From: a virus
Taxonomy: Duplodnaviria > Caudoviricetes
IMG/VR virus record: IMGVR_UViG_3300032216_000338
Location: 1 to 46,956 of that record
Reading direction: 5' to 3' (one strand)
DNA length: 46,956 bases
Each line of letters begins with the position of its first letter. The first letter of the stretch is position 1. Positions 36,233 to 44,566 of the stretch are shown piece after piece. The translations under genes and the position numbers were made by a program. The notes beneath the pieces were generated by a model. It was not told where the DNA came from and ran no database searches. It worked only from the letters and a program-made list of their open reading frames with translations.

Positions 36233-36353
36233 AAAATATCGTGTTTTATGCGGATTTATGTGGGCACAGCGTCATTTAAGCAAACGGTAAATGATGGGGC
36301 AGATTAAATTAGTCCGGGGCTGGGCACAGCGTTGGGCGTCATCTATGGGTTAA

Positions 36354-36448
36354 TTCACGCATACGTGAAGTCTTATTTAACGCGCTTGCGCACGCCCGAG
36401 CGCGCGCGATAACTAACAACTGGTTTCAAAACAGCGGGCGAAAAAAAA
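36354..36448. repeat. Inter-cassette repeat, copy 1
   Basis: Palindrome-TTATTTAA-GC-rich CGCCCRAGCKCGCGCGA-AACTGGTTTCAAA-A tract; matches 37217-37315. Confidence 0.75.
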
Positions 36449-36472
36449 GCCCGACCCTTTCGGGTCAGGCTT
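36441..36472 (-). terminator. Rho-independent terminator
   Basis: GCCTGACCC-GAAA-GGGTCGGGC followed by T8, just after the stop at 36479. Confidence 0.85.
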
Positions 36473-36478
36473 GAGGTA

Positions 36479-37126
36479 TTACTTAGTCACGTCAAGTTTT
36501 ACCTTGAACGCTATGATCGCAGCCTCTAATGCTTTGCTGTTGGCTGTTGGGTCATTACCGCGTGATTCTGCTGACTTGCATCGGGTTTTCATTGTGTCGA
36601 GAGTTTTCTCGATGTATTCACCAAATGACAATGTAGCTGCTCTGGTCTGTGAATCGGGGTCGCGTTCTTTTAATACTTTCTTAGCTGCAGACTTCAAATC
36701 AGCTAATCGGTTAGAACAGTATTTATTGACGCGATCACGTAGATCATAGATCACGCGATACTTAGCAGGGTCTTCGCTCTTCATTGCGCCGATTTGTTGC
36801 TGGCTGTATGAAAATGCCATTGCGACATTCACCTTGAATCTATCTTTGGGTAACTCGCCGGATAGTTGCGCCAATGGAATAATATTACCGTCGACGATAC
36901 CGTACTCAATTTCGGCATATTTAGGTAACTCACTCGCACGTTGACGAAAACCCTCATTCAGTTCGACACGCGATTCTGAAGATATATCTTCAGGAAACCC
37001 GACGATGTTATCCAACGCCCACGCGCCGTCAGCGCGTACCGCATCAGCGCGTTTTGCTACGTTATAACCAAAATCCGACAATGATTTGTAGGATTGCACT
37101 TCTACCGCAGATTTTGCTTTTGACAT
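36479..37126 (-). CDS. Early protein of unknown function (215 aa) in its own transcription unit
   Basis: AAGGA RBS, dedicated promoter and terminator. Confidence 0.75.
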   Translation of the reverse strand: MSKAKSAVEVQSYKSLSDFGYNVAKRADAVRADGAWALDNIVGFPEDISSESRVELNEGFRQRASELPKYAEIEYGIVDGNIIPLAQLSGELPKDRFKVNVAMAFSYSQQQIGAMKSEDPAKYRVIYDLRDRVNKYCSNRLADLKSAAKKVLKERDPDSQTRAATLSFGEYIEKTLDTMKTRCKSAESRGNDPTANSKALEAAIIAFKVKLDVTK

Positions 37127-37183
37127 GATGTCATCCTTAAAAGATACCGCGACAACCCGAAAAGATCGTCAACCGGTAATAAT

Positions 37184-37213
37184 GTTATAGCTGAAACCAC
37201 GTTCAATAATCAA
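37184..37213 (-). promoter_or_regulatory. Sigma70-type early promoter
   Basis: TTGATT-18 bp-TATAAC; palindromic site abuts the -35. Confidence 0.65.
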
Positions 37214-37216
37214 GTT

Positions 37217-37315
37217 TTCACGTATACCTGAATCGTTATTTAATTAGCTTGCTCGCCCACGCGCGCCCAAGCTCGCGCGACGACATAACTGGTTTCAAAC
37301 GATGGGTGCAAAAAA
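37217..37315. repeat. Inter-cassette repeat, copy 2
   Basis: Same ordered sub-motifs as 36354-36448. Confidence 0.75.
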
Positions 37316-37331
37316 GGGGGCCGAAGCCCCC
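37310..37331 (-). terminator. Rho-independent terminator
   Basis: GGGGGC-TTCG-GCCCCC followed by T6. Confidence 0.85.
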
Positions 37332-37336
37332 GAGGA

Positions 37337-37537
37337 TTACGCTAGGTCTGTCTCCCGTGCGTCGTAGCTCATTATCACAGTTGGGTAGTCACGCCCTTTT
37401 GTGTGCCGTGTAACTCTTACACGAGGGAACAACTGACTGAGATTGTGGAACAGCTCGACTGCGTCGTAGTACACCTCAGTTGAATAGCTGCGGAAGATGC
37501 CGTTGTGGTCATAGTGACCAATGATGTATGTATCCAT
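37337..37537 (-). CDS. Early hypothetical protein
   Basis: AAAGGA RBS before ATG 37537. Confidence 0.6.
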   Translation of the reverse strand: MDTYIIGHYDHNGIFRSYSTEVYYDAVELFHNLSQLFPRVRVTRHTKGRDYPTVIMSYDARETDLA

Positions 37538-37557
37538 GATGCTTCCTTTCAAAAGAT

Positions 37558-37576
37558 GGGGGCCGAAGCCCCCGAG
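37558..37576 (-). repeat. Second exact copy of the 19-bp UUCG hairpin (matches 37316-37334)
   Basis: GGGGGCCGAAGCCCCCGAG occurs twice; this copy lacks an adjacent U-tract. Confidence 0.8.
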
Positions 37577-37579
37577 TGA

Positions 37580-37795
37580 TTAACTAAACCGTGCGCCTAT
37601 TAACTTGCCGCGCTTACCGATCAGCACTGTTGCATTGTGTGGGTAGCATGCTGCCCACTCGAGCGCCTCGTCATATGTTCTAGCGAACCGCATCGACTCA
37701 ACGCCTTCCCACTTGAAGCAGCATACATAACCGAACAGGTAGAACCACACGAAGCTGAAGGGCTTAGCCTTCAGGGTATCTTTAGCAATACGCAT
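37580..37795 (-). CDS. First early gene, hypothetical
   Basis: AAGGAGG RBS before ATG 37795; EALEWAACY motif. Confidence 0.65.
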   Translation of the reverse strand: MRIAKDTLKAKPFSFVWFYLFGYVCCFKWEGVESMRFARTYDEALEWAACYPHNATVLIGKRGKLIGARFS

Positions 37796-37840
37796 TACAT
37801 CCTCCTTAAGATTACGACACACAACGCATCGTATGATTAT

Positions 37841-37870
37841 GTTATAGCTGATATCCACAGCAAAAAGCAA
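37841..37870 (-). promoter_or_regulatory. Sigma70-type early promoter
   Basis: TTGCTT-18 bp-TATAAC; homologous to 37184-37213. Confidence 0.65.
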
Positions 37871-38145
37871 GTTTTCAGGGGCAGCCCATGACCCCCCGAC
37901 CCCCCCTTTCCCATCTAGGTACCATCGCCCGCCCTCTACCCCAAGAGATGCACAAATAACTCCACCATTTTCCAAAATCCAGACTACATTTATTTTTACT
38001 CCCCCCAGAAAGTCGCCATTTCTAAACTATACTTATTACTATCATTAAATATATTCATACCCCACCCCCCACTCAATTTGTGTCCGTACAACGTATACAC
38101 ATTTCGGACAAATACCCCCCGTATAGGAGTCCCAACCTCCCCCAC

Positions 38146-38173
38146 TTGCAAAATAAATATTTCATGTTATAGT
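38146..38173 (+). promoter_or_regulatory. Promoter for the packaging/head operon
   Basis: TTGCAA-16 bp-TATAGT with extended TG. Confidence 0.5.
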
Positions 38174-38204
38174 TGGCAAATTCCATAGGCCACAGACCGC
38201 TTAT

Positions 38205-38759
38205 ATGAATGTGATTGTCCCAAACATCGATGAAGATATTCCTCTACCAGCTTCAGCTTTTGAAGCTATGCCACAGCTTTCGCCTCACGAAGAACTAGAA
38301 ATGCGAGCGCGCACTATTAAGTTAGTGGCTGACTTAAACGACACCCCCATAGAACCTACTCCAGAACACATGGAGACTGCCCGAGAAGTGGCAAAACAGA
38401 TGATGACAAACCCAGCGCACCGCCCTGAGTTTGCAAAGTACCCCAATGAAGTGATGGCTTACCTAGCCGGAATGGTTGCGCAATCGAATTGCATGATTGT
38501 AGAAGAGCTATCTGATTTAAAACTATATGTAGTAAACAAACTTGTATCCGAAATAGAAAATGCCAAAGACGCTAAGGCACGGATCGCGGCTATATCTAAA
38601 TTAGGTGAAGTAGATGGCGTAGATGCATTTAAGAAACGCTCAGAGATGACAGTAAAAGTGCAGCCTATTGAAGAAGTTGAGAAAGAATTACTCCAAACCC
38701 TAGAAGTTTTACAAGAACAAGTGCTAGAAGTTGAGTTTAGAGAGTCAAAGAGTGAATAA
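38205..38759 (+). CDS. terS: Putative terminase small subunit
   Basis: Helical 184-aa protein directly upstream of and overlapping TerL; RIAAISKLGE..GVDAF motif. Confidence 0.55.
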   Translation: MNVIVPNIDEDIPLPASAFEAMPQLSPHEELEMRARTIKLVADLNDTPIEPTPEHMETAREVAKQMMTNPAHRPEFAKYPNEVMAYLAGMVAQSNCMIVEELSDLKLYVVNKLVSEIENAKDAKARIAAISKLGEVDGVDAFKKRSEMTVKVQPIEEVEKELLQTLEVLQEQVLEVEFRESKSE

Positions 38760-40266
38760 TTTAACCTCGGAAGACATTTTTAAGCTAAAAGAAGCGCTTC
38801 CCAACATGCCTGAGAAGCAAAAACGGCGCGTTGCAGAGCTTTTAAAGCGGTATCAATCCGAAGTAGCACAGAAAATGGGGCGCGAGTCGTTCCTAGACTT
38901 TGTAAAACACGTCTATCCGGGGTATAAAGTAGGGCCACATCACTATAAATTAGCAAGAATCTTTGAAGAAATAGCCGCTGGCAAGAAAAAACGGGTGATC
39001 GTGAACATCGCCCCGCGTCACGGGAAGTCTGAACTCATATCTTACCTCGCTCCGGCGTGGTTTCTGGGCAAATACCCCCAGAAAAAGGTGATTATGGCCT
39101 CCCATACGGCTGATTTGGCTGTTCAATTTGGTCGTAGAGTGCGAAATTTGGTTGGATCGGAGGCATATCGTGACATTTTTCCGCAGATTGAGCTACAAGC
39201 GGACTCGAAATCCGCATCAAGGTGGGGTACAAACTTTAATGGCGAGTATTTCGCCATCGGTGTGGGTGGTGCTTTGGCTGGTCGTGGCGCTGATCTTTTC
39301 ATTATTGACGATCCACATTCTGAACAAGAAGCCAAGCTTGGACGACCTGAAGTGTTTCTACCAGCATGGGAATGGTTTCAGAGCGGGCCTCTCCAGCGTC
39401 TCATGCCGGGCGGCGCAATTATTGTAGTAATGACACGGTGGAGCAAACTTGATCTCACTGGACAAATTGTTACGCAAATGGAGCGTATTGAGGGTGTGGA
39501 TGAGTGGGAAGTCGTGCAGTTCCCCGCCATTACCGATGAAGACCAACCTCTCTGGCCCGAATTTTGGCCGCTTGAAGAGTTGCTGGCGAAAAAGGCATCA
39601 CTGGATATTCGATACTGGAATGCACAGTACATGCAAGAACCCACGTCAGAAGAGGGAGCGCTAATTAAGAAGGAGTGGTGGAAAGTCTGGGAAGAAGAAG
39701 ACCCACCTAATTGCGAATTTATTATCATGGCGTTAGATGCCGCCCAAGAAGCTAACAACCGTGCCGACTACAACGCTCTAACTACATGGGGCGTGTTCTA
39801 TAACGAAGAAACTAATAATCACGCTATCATCCTATTAAATAGTATTAAGAAACGACTAGAGTATCCTGACCTTAAAGCACTTGTACTAGAAGAATATAAA
39901 GAGTGGCAACCTGACGCGTTCATCGTTGAGAAGAAGTCTAGCGGATCGGTGTTGTTCCAAGAGTTTAGAAGAATGGGCATACCTGTAGCGGAGTTTACGC
40001 CGGGTAAAGGTCAGGACAAAGTGAGCCGAGTTAATGCGGTGTCTGACTTGTTCAGGTCAGGCATTGTGTGGGCACCGTACAAGCGGTGGGCGATGGAGGT
40101 AGTTGAGGAGTGTAATGACTTCCCGTCGGGTATGAACGATGACTTAGTTGACTCGACAACACTAGCGTTACTTCGCTTTAGGCAAGGCGGCTTTATTCGA
40201 CTACCGAATGATGAGCCAGAAGAAATTAAATTATTTAGACGTCGCAGAACTGCGGCTTACTACTAG
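38752..40266 (+). CDS. terL: Terminase large subunit
   Basis: Walker A APRHGKS, Walker B IIDDP, VMTRW, YMQEP, nuclease IVEKKSSG and NDDLVDS. Confidence 0.95.
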   Translation: MNNLTSEDIFKLKEALPNMPEKQKRRVAELLKRYQSEVAQKMGRESFLDFVKHVYPGYKVGPHHYKLARIFEEIAAGKKKRVIVNIAPRHGKSELISYLAPAWFLGKYPQKKVIMASHTADLAVQFGRRVRNLVGSEAYRDIFPQIELQADSKSASRWGTNFNGEYFAIGVGGALAGRGADLFIIDDPHSEQEAKLGRPEVFLPAWEWFQSGPLQRLMPGGAIIVVMTRWSKLDLTGQIVTQMERIEGVDEWEVVQFPAITDEDQPLWPEFWPLEELLAKKASLDIRYWNAQYMQEPTSEEGALIKKEWWKVWEEEDPPNCEFIIMALDAAQEANNRADYNALTTWGVFYNEETNNHAIILLNSIKKRLEYPDLKALVLEEYKEWQPDAFIVEKKSSGSVLFQEFRRMGIPVAEFTPGKGQDKVSRVNAVSDLFRSGIVWAPYKRWAMEVVEECNDFPSGMNDDLVDSTTLALLRFRQGGFIRLPNDEPEEIKLFRRRRTAAYY

Positions 40267-40273
40267 GTAAATT

Positions 40274-40942
40274 ATGGACAAAATACAGAAACAAGCCGCA
40301 AGACAGGCCGCGCTGGTGATGGAAGCCGACATTAAAAAGCGCAAAGAAGAACACATGCGGCAGTACCCCAACGACTATATAGCTGCACATAGACCTACAC
40401 ACAAAACAAAAGAAGGCGTTGAATCAATGCCTACGCACTATCACGCAGGTGATATGGGTAAGTTTCTTGATACATATAAGAAAGCACAACAGTACGGCGC
40501 GCCAGCTATACCAGCAGAAAAACTAGCTAGTATGGCTCTTGTAGAAGGTCGGGAAGATTTTGGATATAACGGGATATATAACTATAACAACCCAAGGGCT
40601 AAAAAGTTATTTGATACTTTAGTAGATCAAGGCGCAGATAGAAATTCAGCGGGGTTTGCCGCTGCTGTGTTGGATAAGAATGAGGTTGCTCACCGATTAA
40701 AGATTCCATTTGAAACCGCGTGGAATGGCACGGGTAAATCCATATGGGATAAAACAGGCGGCGATTACGCTAGTACTGTTAAACAAGCTGAAAAAGTTTT
40801 AGAACACCCGAAGAATAAACCTATCTACGACTTTATTAAGAACAAATTAAGTATGGAAGAAGAGGGCGCTCCCGTACTAGCAAGTGCTAATTCTGTGCAA
40901 ATGCCGCAAGAATATACCGAAGGTAATTGGAAACTAATATGA
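40274..40942 (+). CDS. Hypothetical protein inserted between terL and portal
   Basis: 222-aa ORF; ALVEGREDFGYN and AWNGTG motifs. Confidence 0.65.
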   Translation: MDKIQKQAARQAALVMEADIKKRKEEHMRQYPNDYIAAHRPTHKTKEGVESMPTHYHAGDMGKFLDTYKKAQQYGAPAIPAEKLASMALVEGREDFGYNGIYNYNNPRAKKLFDTLVDQGADRNSAGFAAAVLDKNEVAHRLKIPFETAWNGTGKSIWDKTGGDYASTVKQAEKVLEHPKNKPIYDFIKNKLSMEEEGAPVLASANSVQMPQEYTEGNWKLI

Positions 40943-41484
40943 GCGAAATGACTTGTATGTATTACCAGCAAGCGATGCCGGTAGGCTTTTGCGACTATAT
41001 CTTGGACTCTATTGATTGGTCTGTAGCGCAGGACGCCACAATATACAAGGATACTGGAGCAGAACAACAAAACTCACACCGTAAAGCAGAGATAGTCTCT
41101 GACCATTTACTTTCACCCATAGGGTCGGTTTGTAAGAACTATTTGGTATCCGGCAATGCGAAAGGTCAATGGGCTGGGTCTATATGCAACTTCGATATGG
41201 TGCAGATCATAAAGTACACCGAAAGCGGGCACTACGCTTGGCATAACGACGTTTTGCCTCCTCATGACGGGATTGTGCGGTGTGTATCGTTAGTGCTGTT
41301 ATTAAACGACCCCTCTGAGTTTGAGGGCGGACTGCTACAGATTAAAAACAAAAGCGACAACCTCCTGAAGAATAAGGGAGACATAGTTGTGTTCGATGCG
41401 AAAGCTGAACACCGTGTAACACCGGTAACAAGTGGAGTTAGATATACCGCTGTGTGCTGGGCATATAAATACTACGAGGAATAA
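40939..41484 (+). CDS. 2OG-Fe(II) dioxygenase (prolyl-hydroxylase-like)
   Basis: HYAWHND (HxD), FEGG, HRVTPVTSGVRY. Confidence 0.9.
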   Translation: MSEMTCMYYQQAMPVGFCDYILDSIDWSVAQDATIYKDTGAEQQNSHRKAEIVSDHLLSPIGSVCKNYLVSGNAKGQWAGSICNFDMVQIIKYTESGHYAWHNDVLPPHDGIVRCVSLVLLLNDPSEFEGGLLQIKNKSDNLLKNKGDIVVFDAKAEHRVTPVTSGVRYTAVCWAYKYYEE

Positions 41485-41486
41485 AG

Positions 41487-43985
41487 ATGAGCATCGACAA
41501 AGCATTATACGCAGCCCCGCAAGGCATAGCGCAAGGATTAGAGCCTGATCTGGAGATTGAGATTGAAGACCCAGAAGCAGTGACTCTTAGAACAGACGGC
41601 TTAGAAATAAATATTGAGCCACGCGAAATGGACGACGAGGACTTTGAAGCAAACCTCGCGGAATACATACCAGATAATGAACTGACCCTTTTGGCTGGTG
41701 AGTTAGTTGATGCGTATGAAGAAGATTTATCTAGTCGTAAAGATTGGATACAAACGTATGTAGATGGCCTTGATCTATTGGGCATGAAGCTTGAAGAGCG
41801 AACAGAACCTTGGGCTGGCGCTTGTGGTGTGACCCATCCACTTCTTAGTGAAGCATTAGTTAAGTTCCAAAGCGAAACAATCATGGAGACGTTCCCTGCT
41901 GCGGGGCCTGTCAAAACTAAGATTATTGGCAAAGAAACTACCGAAAAGAAAGAAGCAGCTGAACGTGTACAAGCGGACATGAATTACCGTTTGACAGAAG
42001 AAATGCCTGAGTATCGTCCTGAACATGAGCGTATGTTGTGGGGCTTGGGTCTAGCTGGTAATGCGTTTAAGAAGGTGTATTTTGACCCATCATTAGGGCG
42101 TCAAGTATCGTTATTTGTTCCTGCGGAAGATGTAGTTGTGCCGTATGGCGCGACATCACTAAAGACATCAGAACGCGTAACACACGTAATGAGGAAGACA
42201 GAAAATGAGTTACGAAAGCTTCAAGTGGCGGGCTTTTACTGTGAAGTCGATCTCGGCGATCCGGTTAATACTATCGAAGAAGTTGAGAAAAAGATTGCGG
42301 AAAAGCTCGGGTTTAGAGCTACGACGGACGACCGATATCGTATACTTGAGATGCAAGTTGATCTTGACTTGCCCGGTTATGAAGACACTGATGAGGATGG
42401 AGAAGAGACGGGGATCGCGTTACCGTACATCGTTACGATTGAAAAGAATACACAAACGGTACTCTCGATCCGCCGCAATTGGAAACCTGATGACAAACTA
42501 AAACAAAAGCGTTCACACTTCGTTCACTATGGCTACATCCCCGGATTCGGATTTTATAATTTCGGACTTATTCACCTCATTGGGGCCTTTGCCAAGTCCG
42601 GCACATCCATTCTGCGTCAATTGGTTGATGCAGGAACCCTCTCGAATCTTCCGGGCGGGCTTAAATCTAGAGGACTGCGAGTCAAGGGCGACGACACCCC
42701 CATCACCCCGGGAGAATTTAGAGATGTCGATGTCCCGAGTGGAAGTATTAGGGACAACATCCTGCCCCTGCCATATAAGGAGCCATCACAAGTCTTAGCG
42801 GGGTTGATGAACCAGATCATTGAAGAAGGCCGTAACTTCGCTAATGCTGGCAACATCGCTGTATCTGACATGTCTTCTGAGTCCCCAGTTGGGACTACAT
42901 TGGCTATTTTAGAGAAAACATTGAAGACGATGTCTGCAATTCAGGCACGTATTCACTACTCAATGCACGAAGAGTTCCGTCTATTAAAAGACATTATTCG
43001 TGATTTCACTCCTGAAGAATACGCATACGACCCAGAAGATGGTGATCGTAAGATTAAACAATCTGATTATGACCAAGTAGACGTCATACCGGTGAGCGAC
43101 CCTAACAGCGCAACTATGGCGCAAAAGGTTGTTCAATACCAAGCTGTACTACAACTAGCACAACAAGCTCCTCAGTTGTATGACTTACCCCTGTTACACC
43201 GTCAAATGCTTGATGTATTAGGCATTAAAAACGCTGCGAAACTTGTACCAATGCAAGACGACCAGCGCCCACGCGATCCTGTCACAGAAAACATGGACAT
43301 CCTAAAGGGTAAACCGGTTAAAGCGTTCTTCTATCAAGACCATCAAGCACACATGGCTGTACATCAAATGGCTATGCAAGACCCTAAAATTCAATCTGTA
43401 CTGCAACAAAACCCTAACGCACAAGCGCTACAAGCAGCGATGATGGCTCATATTAACGAGCATTTGGGTTATGAGTATAAGAAACAGATTGAAGCACAGA
43501 TCGGGATACAGATTCCTGATTATGAAGATGACCAAACCATACCGGAAGATATGGAATCTCAGATCGCTAAGATGGCTGCACAAGCTTCACAACAATTGCT
43601 GCAACAACATCAGCAAGAAGCTCAACAACAGCAGAATCAGCAACAGATGCAAGACCCAATTATTCAAATGCAGATGCAAGAGTTGCAGATCAAACAGGCT
43701 GAAGTACAGCGCAAGATTGCTAAAGACAAGCTTGATGCAGAGGCTAAAGATAAGCAAATGCAAATTGAGTTAGCGCGTATTGACGCGCAGAAGGAAATCG
43801 CCGGTGCAAACATGGCGATGAAACACGCAAGTGATACACAGCGTAATGAGAAAGAGCAGAAAGTAGAAGGGTTCCGTATGGGCATGGAGATGAACAAAAT
43901 GCGTATGCAACAAGCTCATCAAAGTGAACAAAATATTTTTCAACAGCAATCCAAACCACCACAAAAAGGCAAGGATAAAAAATGA
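41487..43985 (+). CDS. Portal protein (P22-like, long C-terminal barrel)
   Basis: 832 aa; PW.GAC..HPLL, AFKKVYFD, LVDAGTLSNLPGG motifs; Q-rich helical tail; position after terL. Confidence 0.85.
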   Translation: MSIDKALYAAPQGIAQGLEPDLEIEIEDPEAVTLRTDGLEINIEPREMDDEDFEANLAEYIPDNELTLLAGELVDAYEEDLSSRKDWIQTYVDGLDLLGMKLEERTEPWAGACGVTHPLLSEALVKFQSETIMETFPAAGPVKTKIIGKETTEKKEAAERVQADMNYRLTEEMPEYRPEHERMLWGLGLAGNAFKKVYFDPSLGRQVSLFVPAEDVVVPYGATSLKTSERVTHVMRKTENELRKLQVAGFYCEVDLGDPVNTIEEVEKKIAEKLGFRATTDDRYRILEMQVDLDLPGYEDTDEDGEETGIALPYIVTIEKNTQTVLSIRRNWKPDDKLKQKRSHFVHYGYIPGFGFYNFGLIHLIGAFAKSGTSILRQLVDAGTLSNLPGGLKSRGLRVKGDDTPITPGEFRDVDVPSGSIRDNILPLPYKEPSQVLAGLMNQIIEEGRNFANAGNIAVSDMSSESPVGTTLAILEKTLKTMSAIQARIHYSMHEEFRLLKDIIRDFTPEEYAYDPEDGDRKIKQSDYDQVDVIPVSDPNSATMAQKVVQYQAVLQLAQQAPQLYDLPLLHRQMLDVLGIKNAAKLVPMQDDQRPRDPVTENMDILKGKPVKAFFYQDHQAHMAVHQMAMQDPKIQSVLQQNPNAQALQAAMMAHINEHLGYEYKKQIEAQIGIQIPDYEDDQTIPEDMESQIAKMAAQASQQLLQQHQQEAQQQQNQQQMQDPIIQMQMQELQIKQAEVQRKIAKDKLDAEAKDKQMQIELARIDAQKEIAGANMAMKHASDTQRNEKEQKVEGFRMGMEMNKMRMQQAHQSEQNIFQQQSKPPQKGKDKK

Positions 43986-44176
43986 ATACAAAGATCATTG
44001 ATGTAACTATTGCGTTCATAAACGAAAGACGTGGGCCAATACAAGCGGCACTTTGCGACGGTACAGCTAAAGATTTTTCCGAGTATCAAAAACTATGCGG
44101 CGAGCTTCGGGGTCTTGCTGTTGTAGAGATGTACCTTAAACACCTCGCTAAACAATTGGAGCAAGACGATGACTGA
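43982..44176 (+). CDS. Small conserved head-module protein
   Basis: G.AKDF.EY...CG..RGL motif; coupled to the portal. Confidence 0.65.
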   Translation: MNTKIIDVTIAFINERRGPIQAALCDGTAKDFSEYQKLCGELRGLAVVEMYLKHLAKQLEQDDD

Positions 44177-44558
44177 CATAGTAATCGCTACAGAAAGCGG
44201 TGAAGTACCACAGGATGCAGAAGATAAAGCGAAACAACTGCCTAAACCTTCTGGCTACCACATACTAGTAGCAATACCCGAAGTTGAAGACAAATACGAC
44301 AACGGTTTAGCCAAAGCTGGCTCAACAATGCATTACGAAGAAGTACTTAGTACGGTTTTCTTTGTCGTGGATATTGGCCCCGATGCTTATACAGGCGAAA
44401 GATTTAAGTCTGGGCCTTGGTGTAAGAAGGGCGATTTTATCCTTGCGCGTCCGAATAGCGGTACACGTTTGAAGATTCATGGACGGGAGTTCCGTCTTAT
44501 TAATGATGATTCAGTCGAAGCCGTTGTGCAAGACCCGCGCGGTATCACACGAGTATAG
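44169..44558 (+). CDS. groES: GroES-like co-chaperonin
   Basis: P.GYHILV...V.IGPDAY...KGDFIL...G......FRLINDDSVEAVV. Confidence 0.8.
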   Translation: MTDIVIATESGEVPQDAEDKAKQLPKPSGYHILVAIPEVEDKYDNGLAKAGSTMHYEEVLSTVFFVVDIGPDAYTGERFKSGPWCKKGDFILARPNSGTRLKIHGREFRLINDDSVEAVVQDPRGITRV

Positions 44559-44566
44559 GAGACCAC

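Larger units (their letters stand above)
28035..37232. promoter_or_regulatory. Dispersed 16-bp palindromic site family TTCASS-N4-SSTGAA (about 9 copies)
   Basis: Copies start at 28035, 29952, 32525, 34397 (variant), 34790, 35601 (variant), 35710, 36354 and 37217. Confidence 0.7.

Noticed and set aside
35729-36233. ORFs 35729-35977 and 35997-36233
   Set aside because: They run through a promoter and the iteron-like array, lack an RBS and have repeat-driven composition.
28035-37232. CRISPR array or integron attC array from the palindromic repeats
   Set aside because: Repeats are 16-26 bp, degenerate and irregularly spaced by whole genes; no cas operon or integron integrase. The Cas4-like nuclease is a usual phage replication gene.
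37796-37975. N-terminal extension of the 131-aa ORF
   Set aside because: Covers the promoter and G-tracts; the strong AAGGAGG RBS points to ATG 37795.
15642-40266. Inteins or introns in primase, helicase, PolA or TerL
   Set aside because: Motif spacing and lengths are normal; no intein splice motifs or interrupted frames.
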